Assembly: GCA_046051915.1 (NCBI GenBank)
Contig: JBJONI010000357.1
Coordinates: forward strand, 1-43,249
From: Pseudomonadota bacterium
GTDB lineage: Bacteria > Myxococcota_A > UBA796 > GCA-2862545
Direction: 5' to 3'
DNA: 43,249 bases
The notes below the pieces were generated by a model that was not told the origin of the DNA, did not search any database, and saw only the letters and a program-made list of their open reading frames with translations. Position 1 is the stretch's first letter, and every line of letters starts with the position of its first letter. Positions 1 to 7,926 of the stretch are shown one piece after another. A program made the translations under genes and the position numbers.

Positions 1-408
1 CACGCCGTCGGCGAGCGCGCGGACCTCGGGAGATACGCCGAGCAGCTCCGCGCCGAACCAGACGCAGACCGGCGCGTCGAGCGGCACGGCCTCAGGAACC
101 ACCGGGGCTTCCGAGAAGTCCGCGACCCACAAGCGGTACCCAGCACCGCGGATCGCGGCGACGGCGGCGACAGGATCCTCATGGTGGTGCAAACGCAGCC
201 ACCGAGCGACGCCCCGAGACGGCCCCACCGACGGAACCAACGGCCGCTCGCCCACCAAATGCACGTCGAACACCCCCGCCGCGTCTGCAGACCGCAGCAA
301 CGCGCTGACGTTGTGCCGATGGTAGGTGTGCTCCGCCGCGACCGCGAGCCCAGCGAGCCGACGATGGGCGACCTCCACCATGCGCTGACGCCTCGCCACC
401 TCGAACAT
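1..408 (-). CDS. SpoU/TrmH-family RNA 2'-O-methyltransferase (N-terminal part; runs off the left edge)
   Basis: This gene is absent from the ORF track because it has no stop in the window. Reverse translation of 408..1 is open and reads MFEVARRQRMVEVAHRRLAGLAVAAEHTYHRHNVSALLRSADAAGVFDVHLVGER...VCVWFGAELLGVSPEVRALADGV. The HNVSAxxRxAxAxGV and FGxExxG motifs are typical of SpoU_methylase proteins. Third-codon positions are GC-rich. Confidence 0.8.
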   Translation of the reverse strand, partial: MFEVARRQRMVEVAHRRLAGLAVAAEHTYHRHNVSALLRSADAAGVFDVHLVGERPLVPSVGPSRGVARWLRLHHHEDPVAAVAAIRGAGYRLWVADFSEAPVVPEAVPLDAPVCVWFGAELLGVSPEVRALADGV

Positions 409-468
409 CGCTTCCCCCCTCGACGCGGACCGGGGGAAGCCATAACCCTCGGCGCCTCGGAGGATGCC

Positions 469-774
469 ATGCCCCTCACCAGCGCCCAGCGAGCCCATCT
501 GCGCGGCCTCGCGCACAAGCTCGACGCCGTCGTCCTCGTGGGCTCCGCCGGCGTCACCGACGCCGTGATCGCCAAGGTCAACGTCGAGCTCGAAAATCAC
601 GAGCTGATCAAGGTCAAAGTCAACGAAGCCCCGGAGACCGCCGACGAGGCCGGCGCACGGTTGGCGAGCGCCACCCGAAGCGAGCTCGTGCAGCGCATCG
701 GCCACATCGCCGTGCTGTACCGACGCCGCAAGCGCGAGTCGGACATCCGTCTCCCTGCGGCCAAGCGCACCTGA
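469..774 (+). CDS. yhbY: YhbY/CRS1-type (CRM domain) RNA-binding protein
   Basis: The last 101 aa of ORF 181..774 read MPLTSAQRAHLRGLAHKLDAVVLVGSAGVTDAVIAKVNVELENHELIKVKV..., which fits the YhbY fold family. The 96 upstream codons are Arg/Pro-rich antisense of the trmH-like gene, so I chose ATG 469. Confidence 0.85.
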   Translation: MPLTSAQRAHLRGLAHKLDAVVLVGSAGVTDAVIAKVNVELENHELIKVKVNEAPETADEAGARLASATRSELVQRIGHIAVLYRRRKRESDIRLPAAKRT

Positions 775-778
775 TGCC

Positions 779-810
779 GCGGTCAGGGACGTCGAGGAAG
801 CCCTGACCGC
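779..810. terminator. GC-rich hairpin between convergent genes (candidate bidirectional terminator, no U-tract)
   Basis: A perfect 10-bp stem pairs gcggtcaggg (779-788) with ccctgaccgc (801-810) around a 12-nt loop. It sits between the yhbY stop (774) and the stop of the minus-strand gene (835). Confidence 0.4.
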
Positions 811-834
811 AGCGCCTGCGCGCGACCCGTGGGC

Positions 835-2622
835 TCAGCGAACCTCGACACGCACCGAGATCCCCAGCGAAGGCGACCCGTAGCCGTCGCCCTCAACGAT
901 CCCGCCCGAGCCATAGCCCTGGACGTCCCAGCCCGCGTCGCGGCCGGCTGGGGGCTGCCAATGGGCCACATCCTCGGCGTCGTAGGCGCAGTCTTCGACC
1001 CAGTAGCCGTCGATCCAACGCTCGCCGTCAAACCAGCCGGGCACCCACGTGTACCCGTCCCGGCCCTCAAGCGGCGCCCAGTAGCCGTTGTGCCGGACCC
1101 CGTCGGCGTCGGCGAACGCTGCAACCCAGGCGTAGCCCTGACGGAATTGCGGACGCCAGAAGCCCTCGACCCAGCCGTCGCCATCCCAGAACCCCGCCTC
1201 CCACACGTAGCCAGACGGCGCTTGCGCTTGCGCAGGACGCCAATGGCCGGAGACCCAAGCGTTCCCCGCGTAACTCCCATCGACCCACACCCACCCGGCG
1301 CGCACAGCCGGCCGGTAGAAGCCGTCGACATAGGTGCCGCCGTACCAGCCGCCCGACACCCACACGTAGCCCGTCGGCGCCGCCCCCATCGGCGTCCAGT
1401 GCCCAGGCCACCAAGCGCCCCCGACCCACTGTCCTGGGACCCACATCCATCCAGAGCGCATCGGCGGCGCCCAGCCGGCGGACCACGCCGACCAACCCCA
1501 CCCGTAGCCGTAGACGTTCCCGACCACGTAGGTGTACCGGTAGTAGGGATGCACGTACCAACGCGTGTAGTACGGACGGTAGGTCGGACGCTGCGGGACG
1601 TTGTAGCCCTGAACGGGCGGCACGTAGCGGGGGTCGGGACGCCCGTAGCGCGGGTCCGGCGTGGCGTACGGCCGCTGCGGGCCCGAACTCGGCCGCTGCG
1701 GCGCCGACGAGGGCCGTCCACCATGCGAGGGAGGCGTGGGGCGCGCGTCACTCGACCACGTCGGGCGCTCCGGGGGCGCGTAGCGATCGTCCGGACGCTC
1801 CGGGCGACCGCCGGCGTCGGGTGGCCCTGACGGACGAGACGGCGCGCCGCTGACGTCCGGCCGTGGTGCCGCCCCCCCGGGGACCATCGGCACGTCGGGC
1901 CGCGACGGTGCGGTCGCAGGGGCCTCCGGACGCGGGGCGGGCTGCACCGGAATCTGCGGCGCAGGCTGGGGACGCGGCGCGCTCCCACCGGGCACCGTGC
2001 CGGCAGGAGACGGCGAAGGACGGGGCGGGGCGGGCACCGTCGCAGGCGGCGCAGGCTGGGGACGCGGCGCGCTCCCACCGGGCACCGTGCCCGCAGGAGA
2101 CGGCGAAGGACGGGGCGGGGCGGGCACCGTCGCAGGCGGCGCAGGCTGGGAACGCGGCGCGCTCCCACCAGGCACCGTGCCGGCAGGTGGCGGCGTGGGC
2201 GACGGGCGGGACGTCGGCGGCAGAGGAGCCGGCGCGGCCGGGACAGGACGCGGCGCCGGCGTAGGCGCCGGCTTGGCAGGGACCGGCGTAGGCGCCGGCT
2301 TGGCAGGGACCGGCGTAGGCGCCGGTCGAGCCCCGCCGGCCGGTGGCGCCGGTTGGGGCTTGGGCGGCGCCGGCTGCGGTGACGGCTTCGCCGGGGTGGA
2401 GCCGCTCGGAGGCTTGCTGGGTGCCGGCCGTGATGTGGGCGGCGGCGTCGCGGGTCGACTCGGGGTCGGCGTCGCGGGTCGGCTGGTCTGCGACGACGGC
2501 CGAGCGGCGCTCGACGCTTCCTGAACAGGCGGCAACGGGAGTTCGAACCCGTCCTCAGCGGCCGGCACGCCGGTGAGGCTCCAGACGACCCGCATCCAGG
2601 TCCACGACACACCACCGAGCAT
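835..2622 (-). CDS. Proline-rich repeat protein with a C-terminal Trp/Tyr/Gly-rich (YxWxxGxW-like) repeat domain
   Basis: This is the real frame of ORF 835..2817. It has a long PAPxP-rich centre with in-frame tandem repeats. The C-terminal ~300 aa carry repeated GY(V/A/T)WVxGxW units (for example GYVWVSGGWYGG, AGWVWVDGSY, GYVWEAGFWDGDGWVEGFW, GYTWVPGWFDGERWIDGYW). The start is uncertain: ATG 2622 was chosen, with ATG 2595 and TTG 2670 as alternatives. The longer N-terminal extension would overlap pilD. Confidence 0.6.
   Translation of the reverse strand: MLGGVSWTWMRVVWSLTGVPAAEDGFELPLPPVQEASSAARPSSQTSRPATPTPSRPATPPPTSRPAPSKPPSGSTPAKPSPQPAPPKPQPAPPAGGARPAPTPVPAKPAPTPVPAKPAPTPAPRPVPAAPAPLPPTSRPSPTPPPAGTVPGGSAPRSQPAPPATVPAPPRPSPSPAGTVPGGSAPRPQPAPPATVPAPPRPSPSPAGTVPGGSAPRPQPAPQIPVQPAPRPEAPATAPSRPDVPMVPGGAAPRPDVSGAPSRPSGPPDAGGRPERPDDRYAPPERPTWSSDARPTPPSHGGRPSSAPQRPSSGPQRPYATPDPRYGRPDPRYVPPVQGYNVPQRPTYRPYYTRWYVHPYYRYTYVVGNVYGYGWGWSAWSAGWAPPMRSGWMWVPGQWVGGAWWPGHWTPMGAAPTGYVWVSGGWYGGTYVDGFYRPAVRAGWVWVDGSYAGNAWVSGHWRPAQAQAPSGYVWEAGFWDGDGWVEGFWRPQFRQGYAWVAAFADADGVRHNGYWAPLEGRDGYTWVPGWFDGERWIDGYWVEDCAYDAEDVAHWQPPAGRDAGWDVQGYGSGGIVEGDGYGSPSLGISVRVEVR
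1961..2185. repeat. 90-bp in-frame tandem repeat, about 2.5 copies
   Basis: The unit gcaggctggggacgcggcgcgctcccaccgggcaccgtgcc... restarts at 1961, 2051 and 2141 with only a few mismatches. On the minus strand it encodes PAPPATVPAPPRPSPSPAGTVPGGSAPRPQ. Confidence 0.9.
2257..2325. repeat. 27-bp in-frame tandem repeat, about 2.5 copies
   Basis: The unit cggcgtaggcgccggcttggcagggac occurs at 2257-2283 and identically at 2284-2310, then as a partial third copy. It encodes PVPAKPAPT units on the minus strand. Confidence 0.9.
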
Positions 2623-2726
2623 CGAACACCCCCTCGGTCCCTCTGACGAACGCCAGAACGGATCCTTCAACCGGCTTCTCTCATTTCCGCCGTCGCCGCA
2701 AGGGGCTACAGCAGCGCGGGGGGTCG

Positions 2727-3542
2727 ATGACGGCCGACGTCTGGTTCCGTGCCACCTTCGCGCTCGTCGGCGCCTGCCTCGGGAGCTTCTTGGAGCTCGT
2801 GTGGTCGCGCTCCGCACAGGGCCGAAGCGTCGTCCACCCTCCGAGCGCCTGCGACGCCTGCGGGGTCGGGTTGCGGCCCATCGACAACGTGCCGGTGCTC
2901 AGTTGGCTCTGGCTCCGCGGCCGCTGCCGCGCCTGCGGGGCGGCCATCCCCGCCGCGCACCCGTTGATCGAGGCCACCTCCGGCGGACTCGCGTGGCTGA
3001 TCGCCGCGCGCTTCGTGCCAGGCCCGGCGAGCCTGCGACTGCCCGAGGTCGCGACGACCGTGTACATCACGCTGTTCGTCGGCCTGTGGTTCTGGGCCGC
3101 GCTCTCCGACGTACGGTGGCGCATCATCCCGGATGGGGCTTCGTACCTCGCCGTACCGGTCGCGGTGGCGGGACAAGTCGCGCTCGAAGCGCTCGGCGCC
3201 GCCGACCACGTCGTCGGATGGAAGCTCTCGGTGTTGGGCGCCGCGGCTGGATGGCTCGGGCTCGGAGGGTTGAGTTTGGCCTGGCGTTTGGTCCGTGGCC
3301 GCGAGGGCCTCGGATGGGGCGACGTCCGCCTCGCCGCACTCATCGGGGCGGTGTTGGGCCCGTGGCCCGGCCTCTGGGGGACGCTCGGCATCGCGAGCGC
3401 GCTCGGCGCCATCGCTGGCCTCGTCTCGCTCCTCGTCCTGCGACGCTCGTCGTACCTGCCCCTCGGGCCGTTTCTCGCCGTCTCGGCGACCGGCATCGCG
3501 ATCTACGGCCAAGCGATCTCGCGCTGGTGGTACGGCGTCTAG
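2727..3542 (+). CDS. pilD: Prepilin peptidase / N-methyltransferase (peptidase A24, PilD family)
   Basis: The sequence reads GACLGSFLELVWSR...PPSACDACGVGLRPIDNVPVLSWLWLRGRCRACGAAIPAAHPLIE, which is the characteristic Cys-pair region and DiS_P_DiS N-terminus. A multi-TM peptidase body follows, with GWGDVRLAALIG. Confidence 0.9.
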   Translation: MTADVWFRATFALVGACLGSFLELVWSRSAQGRSVVHPPSACDACGVGLRPIDNVPVLSWLWLRGRCRACGAAIPAAHPLIEATSGGLAWLIAARFVPGPASLRLPEVATTVYITLFVGLWFWAALSDVRWRIIPDGASYLAVPVAVAGQVALEALGAADHVVGWKLSVLGAAAGWLGLGGLSLAWRLVRGREGLGWGDVRLAALIGAVLGPWPGLWGTLGIASALGAIAGLVSLLVLRRSSYLPLGPFLAVSATGIAIYGQAISRWWYGV

Positions 3543-3546
3543 GGGG

Positions 3547-3978
3547 TCAGCCGACCCGGACGTCGTCGAACGCGACCTCGATCTCTTCCACCGCCAGCTC
3601 GCTTCCACCCGACGAGAGCGCCGGGCCCTGCCACCGAACCGGCCACATCCCGACGAGGTGGAACCGCTCCACGGCGGTGCCGTCGCCGTCGTAGACCGTG
3701 ATCGCCCCTGAGCTGCGCTGACGGGTGTCGCCGGCACGACAACGCTCCCGCCAATCGAGCAGCCCGTGCGTCACTTGGGTCGCCAGACGCAGCGTGACGT
3801 TCTCCCATCCTGCCGGGGTGGTGCGCCGATGCAAGTAGCCGTTGACGCCGCCTTCCTCGATCTCAAAAACGTCGCTCCGCGTGCGAATCCCACTACAACC
3901 GTGGAAGTGCGCAACCTCGACGCCGTCGACCTCAAGCGCGAACCGGTGACCACCAGCGGGATCCTGCCGCAGTTGCAT
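3547..3978 (-). CDS. Contractile-tail tube protein (T4 gp19-like 'conserved phage tail region protein')
   Basis: The protein MQLRQDPAGGHRFALEVDGVEVAHFHGCSGIRTRSDVFEIEEGGVNGYLHRR..WENVTLRLA....LLDWRE......RSSGAITVYDGDGTAVERFHLVGMWPVRWQGPALSSGGSELAVEEIEVAFDDV matches the tube-family pattern FxVEIDGxxxxxFxECSGLxxExEVxExxEGGxN...NITLKRG...WxW...WPxKWxGPxLxA..NExAIExLEL. An RBS (GGGAGGGGG) lies 6 nt upstream of the ATG. Confidence 0.85.
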   Translation of the reverse strand: MQLRQDPAGGHRFALEVDGVEVAHFHGCSGIRTRSDVFEIEEGGVNGYLHRRTTPAGWENVTLRLATQVTHGLLDWRERCRAGDTRQRSSGAITVYDGDGTAVERFHLVGMWPVRWQGPALSSGGSELAVEEIEVAFDDVRVG

Positions 3979-4000
3979 CGGCTACCCCCTCCCGCGAAGC

Positions 4001-4843
4001 CTACCACACCCCACGGCCGTCGTCGGCGTCCTGCGGGCCCATCGGCGACGGTCCGGCTCCCGACGGGGCGAGGGAGAGATCGAGTGGACGACCGTCGTCG
4101 CGTCGCGCAGCCGCAGCCGCAGCTTCGTCGGCGGTGACAGGATCGGCCGACGTCTGCACACGGTTGCGCAGGAACGCTTCGACGATCCGCATGGCGGCCC
4201 GTCCCTCCGGCGTGTCGGTGCGCGTCGCCCAGTAATCGAGCAACGCCGCCCGACGAGCGGCGGGTGTCGGCAGCGACTCACGGCCGAGCCCGATGCCGTC
4301 GACCCACAGGTCGACCAAGCGCGCCTCCAGCGCTGCCAGCGCCTCCGCGGTCGCACGCGACGCAATCGCCTCGCGCCATGCCACCACCTGCGGCTCGATC
4401 GCGCCACGCAGCGCGTCTTGCACGGCACGTTGTTTGCCTCGCTCCACCATCCCGAACTGACCCGACGACGCCTCGCTCGGGCCGGAATCGGCGAACGGTG
4501 AGCGACCGTTGGGGATCGACGCGGCGAGGGCGGGGTCGAAGTGGATCGCAGGGTTGGCAAAATCCAAGCGGCCGTCAGGGTGAAGCAGCAAGCGTCCCAT
4601 CCAGCTCTCGGGCGGGATGACGACGATCGCGCCATCGCGTCGGGCGCGATCGCGCGTCGTCCACCCTTGTCCCGCAAGGCTCTCCACCAACGCCGCGCGC
4701 GCCGCCGCGATCCGCGGGCCGCCGACGATGAGCATCTCGGTGACCGGGGCCCCTTCCTCGACCGGCTCCGGGGGTGGGAGCGGCGTCCAGCCCACGGGCG
4801 GCTCCTCGGCCCAAGCGAGCGACACGAACCAAGCGAGGATCAC
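4001..4843 (-). CDS. Hypothetical protein (short hydrophobic N-terminus, Ala/Arg-rich helical C-terminal half)
   Basis: This is the in-frame part of ORF 4001..4912. GTG 4843 overlaps the thioesterase TGA (a GTGA junction) and is preceded by GGAGGG. Third-codon positions are GC-rich. I recognise no family. Confidence 0.55.
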   Translation of the reverse strand: MILAWFVSLAWAEEPPVGWTPLPPPEPVEEGAPVTEMLIVGGPRIAAARAALVESLAGQGWTTRDRARRDGAIVVIPPESWMGRLLLHPDGRLDFANPAIHFDPALAASIPNGRSPFADSGPSEASSGQFGMVERGKQRAVQDALRGAIEPQVVAWREAIASRATAEALAALEARLVDLWVDGIGLGRESLPTPAARRAALLDYWATRTDTPEGRAAMRIVEAFLRNRVQTSADPVTADEAAAAAARRDDGRPLDLSLAPSGAGPSPMGPQDADDGRGVW

Positions 4844-5259
4844 GCGCCCTCCTGCGGCAGCCAAGGCGCCAATTGACGTCGAAACTCCTCCGACCACGGG
4901 GCGGCGAGCCACGTCTCGGGATCGGCACGCACCACCGTCCGGGTCCCTCGGGCGCAGTCCACATCCGCGTCCATCGGCAGCATCCGAAAGCCAAAGGTCA
5001 AGGAGGAACGTCCAAGGCGCTCGATCGCCACCCGTACGCGAACCTGTTGTGGGCCCCGCACAGGACGCTCATAGGTCACCTCGTTCGCCCGAACGAGATG
5101 GAAGCGATCGGGATCGTCGTTGAAGCGACCCAAGCCCAGATGCCACCAGAAGGATCCCAGGGTGCGCTCGAAGAGCAACAGGTAGCGCGCGTTGTGGAGG
5201 ATCCCGAAGGGATCGAGATCGTCGAAGTACACGCCATGGACCTGCTCATGAAACCGCAT
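4840..5259 (-). CDS. Acyl-CoA thioesterase, 4HBT/YbgC-like hotdog fold
   Basis: The sequence MRFHEQVHGVYFDDLDPFGILHNARYLLLFERTLGSFW...HLVRANEVTYERPVRGPQQVRVRVAIERLGRSSLTFGF follows the hotdog thioesterase pattern (D..G.v.n..Y..yfe.a). I chose internal ATG 5259 because the longer extension is Arg-rich. Confidence 0.75.
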   Translation of the reverse strand: MRFHEQVHGVYFDDLDPFGILHNARYLLLFERTLGSFWWHLGLGRFNDDPDRFHLVRANEVTYERPVRGPQQVRVRVAIERLGRSSLTFGFRMLPMDADVDCARGTRTVVRADPETWLAAPWSEEFRRQLAPWLPQEGA

Positions 5260-5363
5260 CGCGCACCTCGGGTCGGGCCGGGGCAATCCCCGGACCTGCG
5301 CGCGCTGACGCGCCGCGAAGAAGCGGTTAACCGCGCGCGTTCCCCCGCACCCTGAGGCCACCC

Positions 5364-6425
5364 GTGCGCGTTTCGTCCATTTTCCGCCCTGCCCTTCTCC
5401 CCCTCACGATCGCGCTCGGCCTCGCAGCCTGCGGTGGCGGTGCCTCGAGCACCCCCGGTCAGGTCGCCATGACCGGCGAGACCGTCGTGACGATCGACGG
5501 CAAGCCCGTCAGCCAAGACTACCTCGACGCGATCACGGCCAACATGCCGAAGAAGCAGCTCGAGATGATGAAGTCGAGCGGCCAGTACAAGGACTTCGTC
5601 GAGCAGATGGCGCTGGGCCAGCTGCTGTACGAGAAGGCCCTCGCCGAGGGCATGCAGAACGACGCGAAGACCCAGATCCGCCTCGCCGTCGCGGCGCGCG
5701 ACGCGTTGGCGAAGGAGTACATCGCGCGCAAGGCTGCCGAAGCCGTCACCGAGGACGCGGTGAAGAAGGCGTATGACGACCGCAAGGTGCAATACGCCAA
5801 GCCGCAGGTCAAGGTCCGGCACCTCCTTGTGGCCGACGAGGCCGCAGCCCAGGCCGCCCTCGCGCGGATCCAGGGCGGCGAGGACTTCGCCAAGGTCGTC
5901 GGCGAGGTCAGCACCGACCGAGGCACCACCACCAAGGGCGGCGACCTGGGCTGGATGTCGGAGGGGCAACTCGACAAGGCCCTGACGGACGCCGCGTTCG
6001 CCGCCGCCAAGGACGCCGTCATCGGCCCCATCCAAACGCGGTTCGGCTGGCACGTCGCCCAAGTCGTCGACAAGCGCGACGCGACCCCGATCGAAGACGT
6101 GCGTGAGCAGCTCGAGCAGGGGATCAAGCAAGAGACCATGAAGAAGATCTTCGAAGAGCTCAAGGCCAACGCGAAGATCGAATGGACGAATCCGCCCCCC
6201 GAGCCCGATCCCGCCGCGCGTCCCGCGGGCCCCGGCGGTCTCGGCGGCATGATGCCGCGCCCGTCGATGAACGGCGGTCCGATCAAGCTCGAGGCGAAGG
6301 GTGGACCGGGCGCTCCCGGCGCACCGGCTGGGGCACCGACGGCACCGCCCGCCGCTGCACCGACGGCACCGCCCGCCGCTGCGCCGACGGCACCGCCCGC
6401 CGCACCGCCTGCACCGGCGAAGTGA
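5364..6425 (+). CDS. Lipoprotein peptidyl-prolyl cis-trans isomerase (parvulin/PpiC domain, SurA/PrsA-like)
   Basis: A lipobox signal is present (LTIALGLAAC, GTG start). The parvulin core reads VKVRHLLVADEAAAQAALARIQGGEDFAKVVGEVSTD..GGDLGWMSEGQLDKALTDAAF......GPIQTRFGWHVAQVVDKR. The C-terminal tail is Pro/Ala-rich. Confidence 0.85.
   Translation: MRVSSIFRPALLPLTIALGLAACGGGASSTPGQVAMTGETVVTIDGKPVSQDYLDAITANMPKKQLEMMKSSGQYKDFVEQMALGQLLYEKALAEGMQNDAKTQIRLAVAARDALAKEYIARKAAEAVTEDAVKKAYDDRKVQYAKPQVKVRHLLVADEAAAQAALARIQGGEDFAKVVGEVSTDRGTTTKGGDLGWMSEGQLDKALTDAAFAAAKDAVIGPIQTRFGWHVAQVVDKRDATPIEDVREQLEQGIKQETMKKIFEELKANAKIEWTNPPPEPDPAARPAGPGGLGGMMPRPSMNGGPIKLEAKGGPGAPGAPAGAPTAPPAAAPTAPPAAAPTAPPAAPPAPAK
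6333..6404. repeat. 24-bp in-frame tandem repeat, 3 copies
   Basis: The unit gcaccgacggcaccgcccgccgct occurs at 6333-6356 and 6357-6380, with a near-identical third copy at 6381-6404. It encodes APTAPPAA x3 in the PPIase tail. Confidence 0.9.
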
Positions 6426-6435
6426 ACCGAGTCCG

Positions 6436-7620
6436 ATGATCTACCTCGATCACCAAGCGACGACGCCGTGCGCGCCGCCGGTGGTCGAGGCGATGCTGCC
6501 CTACTTCGGCGCCCGGTTCGGCAACCCGTCGAGCCGGGCGCACACCGTTGGACTCGCGGCGTCGGCGGCGCTCGAAGCCGCACGCGCGGACATCGCGGGG
6601 TGCATTGGGGGTGACCCTTCGGGCTTGCTCCTGACCAGCGGCGCCACCGAAGCAGACAACCTCGCGATCCTGGGCGTCGCCCGCGCCTCAGCCAGCCGCG
6701 GGCGACACCTCGTCCTGTCGGCGATCGAGCACAGCGCGGTCGACGCGCCGGCGGACCAGCTCGCACGCGAGGGCTGGCAGATCACGCGGGTCTTGCCGGA
6801 CCACCTCGGACGCATTCAGCCCGACGCGCTCGCGCGCGCCTTGCGCCCCGACACCACGTTGGTCAGCGTGATCGCTGCCCACAACGAGTTCGGGACCGTG
6901 CAGGACCTCGCAGCGCTCGCTGACACGACCCACCGCGGCGGGGCGCTGTTCCACACCGACGCCGCCCAGGCTGTCGGTAAAATCCCGATCGACGTCGCGG
7001 CGCTCGGCATCGATCTGCTGAGCTTCACCGCACATAAAATCTACGGACCCGGGGGCATCGGTGCCCTGTGGGTCCGGCGCGGTCGACCGATCGTCCCGAT
7101 CGAGCCCATCGCTTGGGGTGGCGGCCAGGAGCGCGGCCTGCGTCCCGGGACCGTCCCGCTCGCGCTGTGCGTTGGCTTCGCCGCAGCGTGCCGTCTTGCG
7201 GCGTCCGAGCTCGCCGACGGTGGGCAGGATCGCATCGCGATGCAGCGCGACCGTCTGAGCGAGGGACTGCTCGCGCTTCCCGGCGCGAGGCTTGTCGGAC
7301 CCGCGCTGCCCGCGACCAAGCAGCAGCGGCTCGCAGGCAACCTGCACGTGTACTTCGAGGGCTGCGCCGCGGCCGACCTCCTGCGAGCCGTCCGACCGCA
7401 CCTCGCGATCAGCACCGGATCGGCGTGCGGGAGCGGATCGGCAGCCCCCAGCCGTTCGCTGCTCGCCCTCGGGTTTTCCGAGGACGCGGCGCGCGCGTGC
7501 GTCCGTTTTGGGGTGGGACGTGACACCACCGACGCCCAGATCGACGCCGCGGTGGCGATCGTCAGCGACGCCGTGCGATCCGCGCGCGGATCCGCGGCCG
7601 CTGCGCCACGTTTCGGTTGA
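6436..7620 (+). CDS. Cysteine desulfurase (NifS/IscS class V aminotransferase)
   Basis: The N-terminus is MIYLDHQATTPCAPPVVEAMLPYFGARFGNPSSRAH. A PLP-lysine motif (FTAHKIYGPGGIGALWV) and a catalytic Cys loop (STGSACGSGS) are present. The start lies 10 nt after the PPIase stop. Confidence 0.9.
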   Translation: MIYLDHQATTPCAPPVVEAMLPYFGARFGNPSSRAHTVGLAASAALEAARADIAGCIGGDPSGLLLTSGATEADNLAILGVARASASRGRHLVLSAIEHSAVDAPADQLAREGWQITRVLPDHLGRIQPDALARALRPDTTLVSVIAAHNEFGTVQDLAALADTTHRGGALFHTDAAQAVGKIPIDVAALGIDLLSFTAHKIYGPGGIGALWVRRGRPIVPIEPIAWGGGQERGLRPGTVPLALCVGFAAACRLAASELADGGQDRIAMQRDRLSEGLLALPGARLVGPALPATKQQRLAGNLHVYFEGCAAADLLRAVRPHLAISTGSACGSGSAAPSRSLLALGFSEDAARACVRFGVGRDTTDAQIDAAVAIVSDAVRSARGSAAAAPRFG

Positions 7621-7737
7621 CGAAGGGGCCACACGCCGATAGACGCCGCGGGCCGTGTTCCGCCTTCGGGCTGTACACGACCGCGTACGCACGTCGAACG
7701 ACGCCGTCCGTGTCCTCCCTCCCCCTTTGGAGGCTCC

Positions 7738-7926
7738 GTGGCCAAAAAGAAGAACGTGGCCCGCACGATCATCCACCTCGAGTGCACCGAGCAAGCTGCT
7801 TCGGGCGTTCCGGGGATGAGCCGCTACACCACGATGAAGAACAAGAAGAACACCCCGGCCCGTCTGGAGCTCCGCAAGTACAACCCGTACCTGCGCCGCT
7901 ACACGGTCCACCGCGAGATCAAGTGA
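7738..7926 (+). CDS. rpmG: 50S ribosomal protein L33
   Basis: [62 protein letters not shown] matches L33 over its full length. The start is GTG, preceded by GGAGG. Confidence 0.95.
   Translation: MAKKKNVARTIIHLECTEQAASGVPGMSRYTTMKNKKNTPARLELRKYNPYLRRYTVHREIK

Noticed and set aside
181-468. Long N-terminal extensions of track ORFs (for example 181..468 for yhbY, 6301..6435, 10170..10214, 11688..11783, 12197..12304, 21510..22277, 28721..29296)
   Set aside because: The extensions are Arg/Pro/His-rich and overlap neighbouring genes or their antisense strands. They also precede internal starts that have good RBS or stop-start overlaps and family-typical N-termini.
1961-2325. Tandem direct repeats that could be mistaken for a CRISPR array (likewise those at 6333-6404 and 41930-42060)
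   Set aside because: The units are directly adjacent with no unique spacers, their lengths are multiples of 3, and they lie in frame inside coding sequence. No cas genes are present.
783-2615. A 610-aa Arg-rich ORF, plus ORFs 829..1830, 1067..1561, 1863..2264, 1997..2524 and 2343..2576
   Set aside because: These are shifted or antisense frames of the proline-rich repeat gene. Their composition is dominated by Arg/Pro/Gly runs with no domain-like sequence.
2573-3737. ORFs 2573..3694, 2681..3496 and 2706..3737 overlapping pilD
   Set aside because: Only frame 2727..3542 gives the PilD motifs and TM helices. The other frames are Arg/Pro-rich alternatives.
5076-6766. Minus-strand ORFs 5076..6131 (351 aa) and 5519..6766 (415 aa)
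   Set aside because: They are antisense to the PPIase and cysteine desulfurase genes, which have clear family motifs. The antisense translations are low-complexity.
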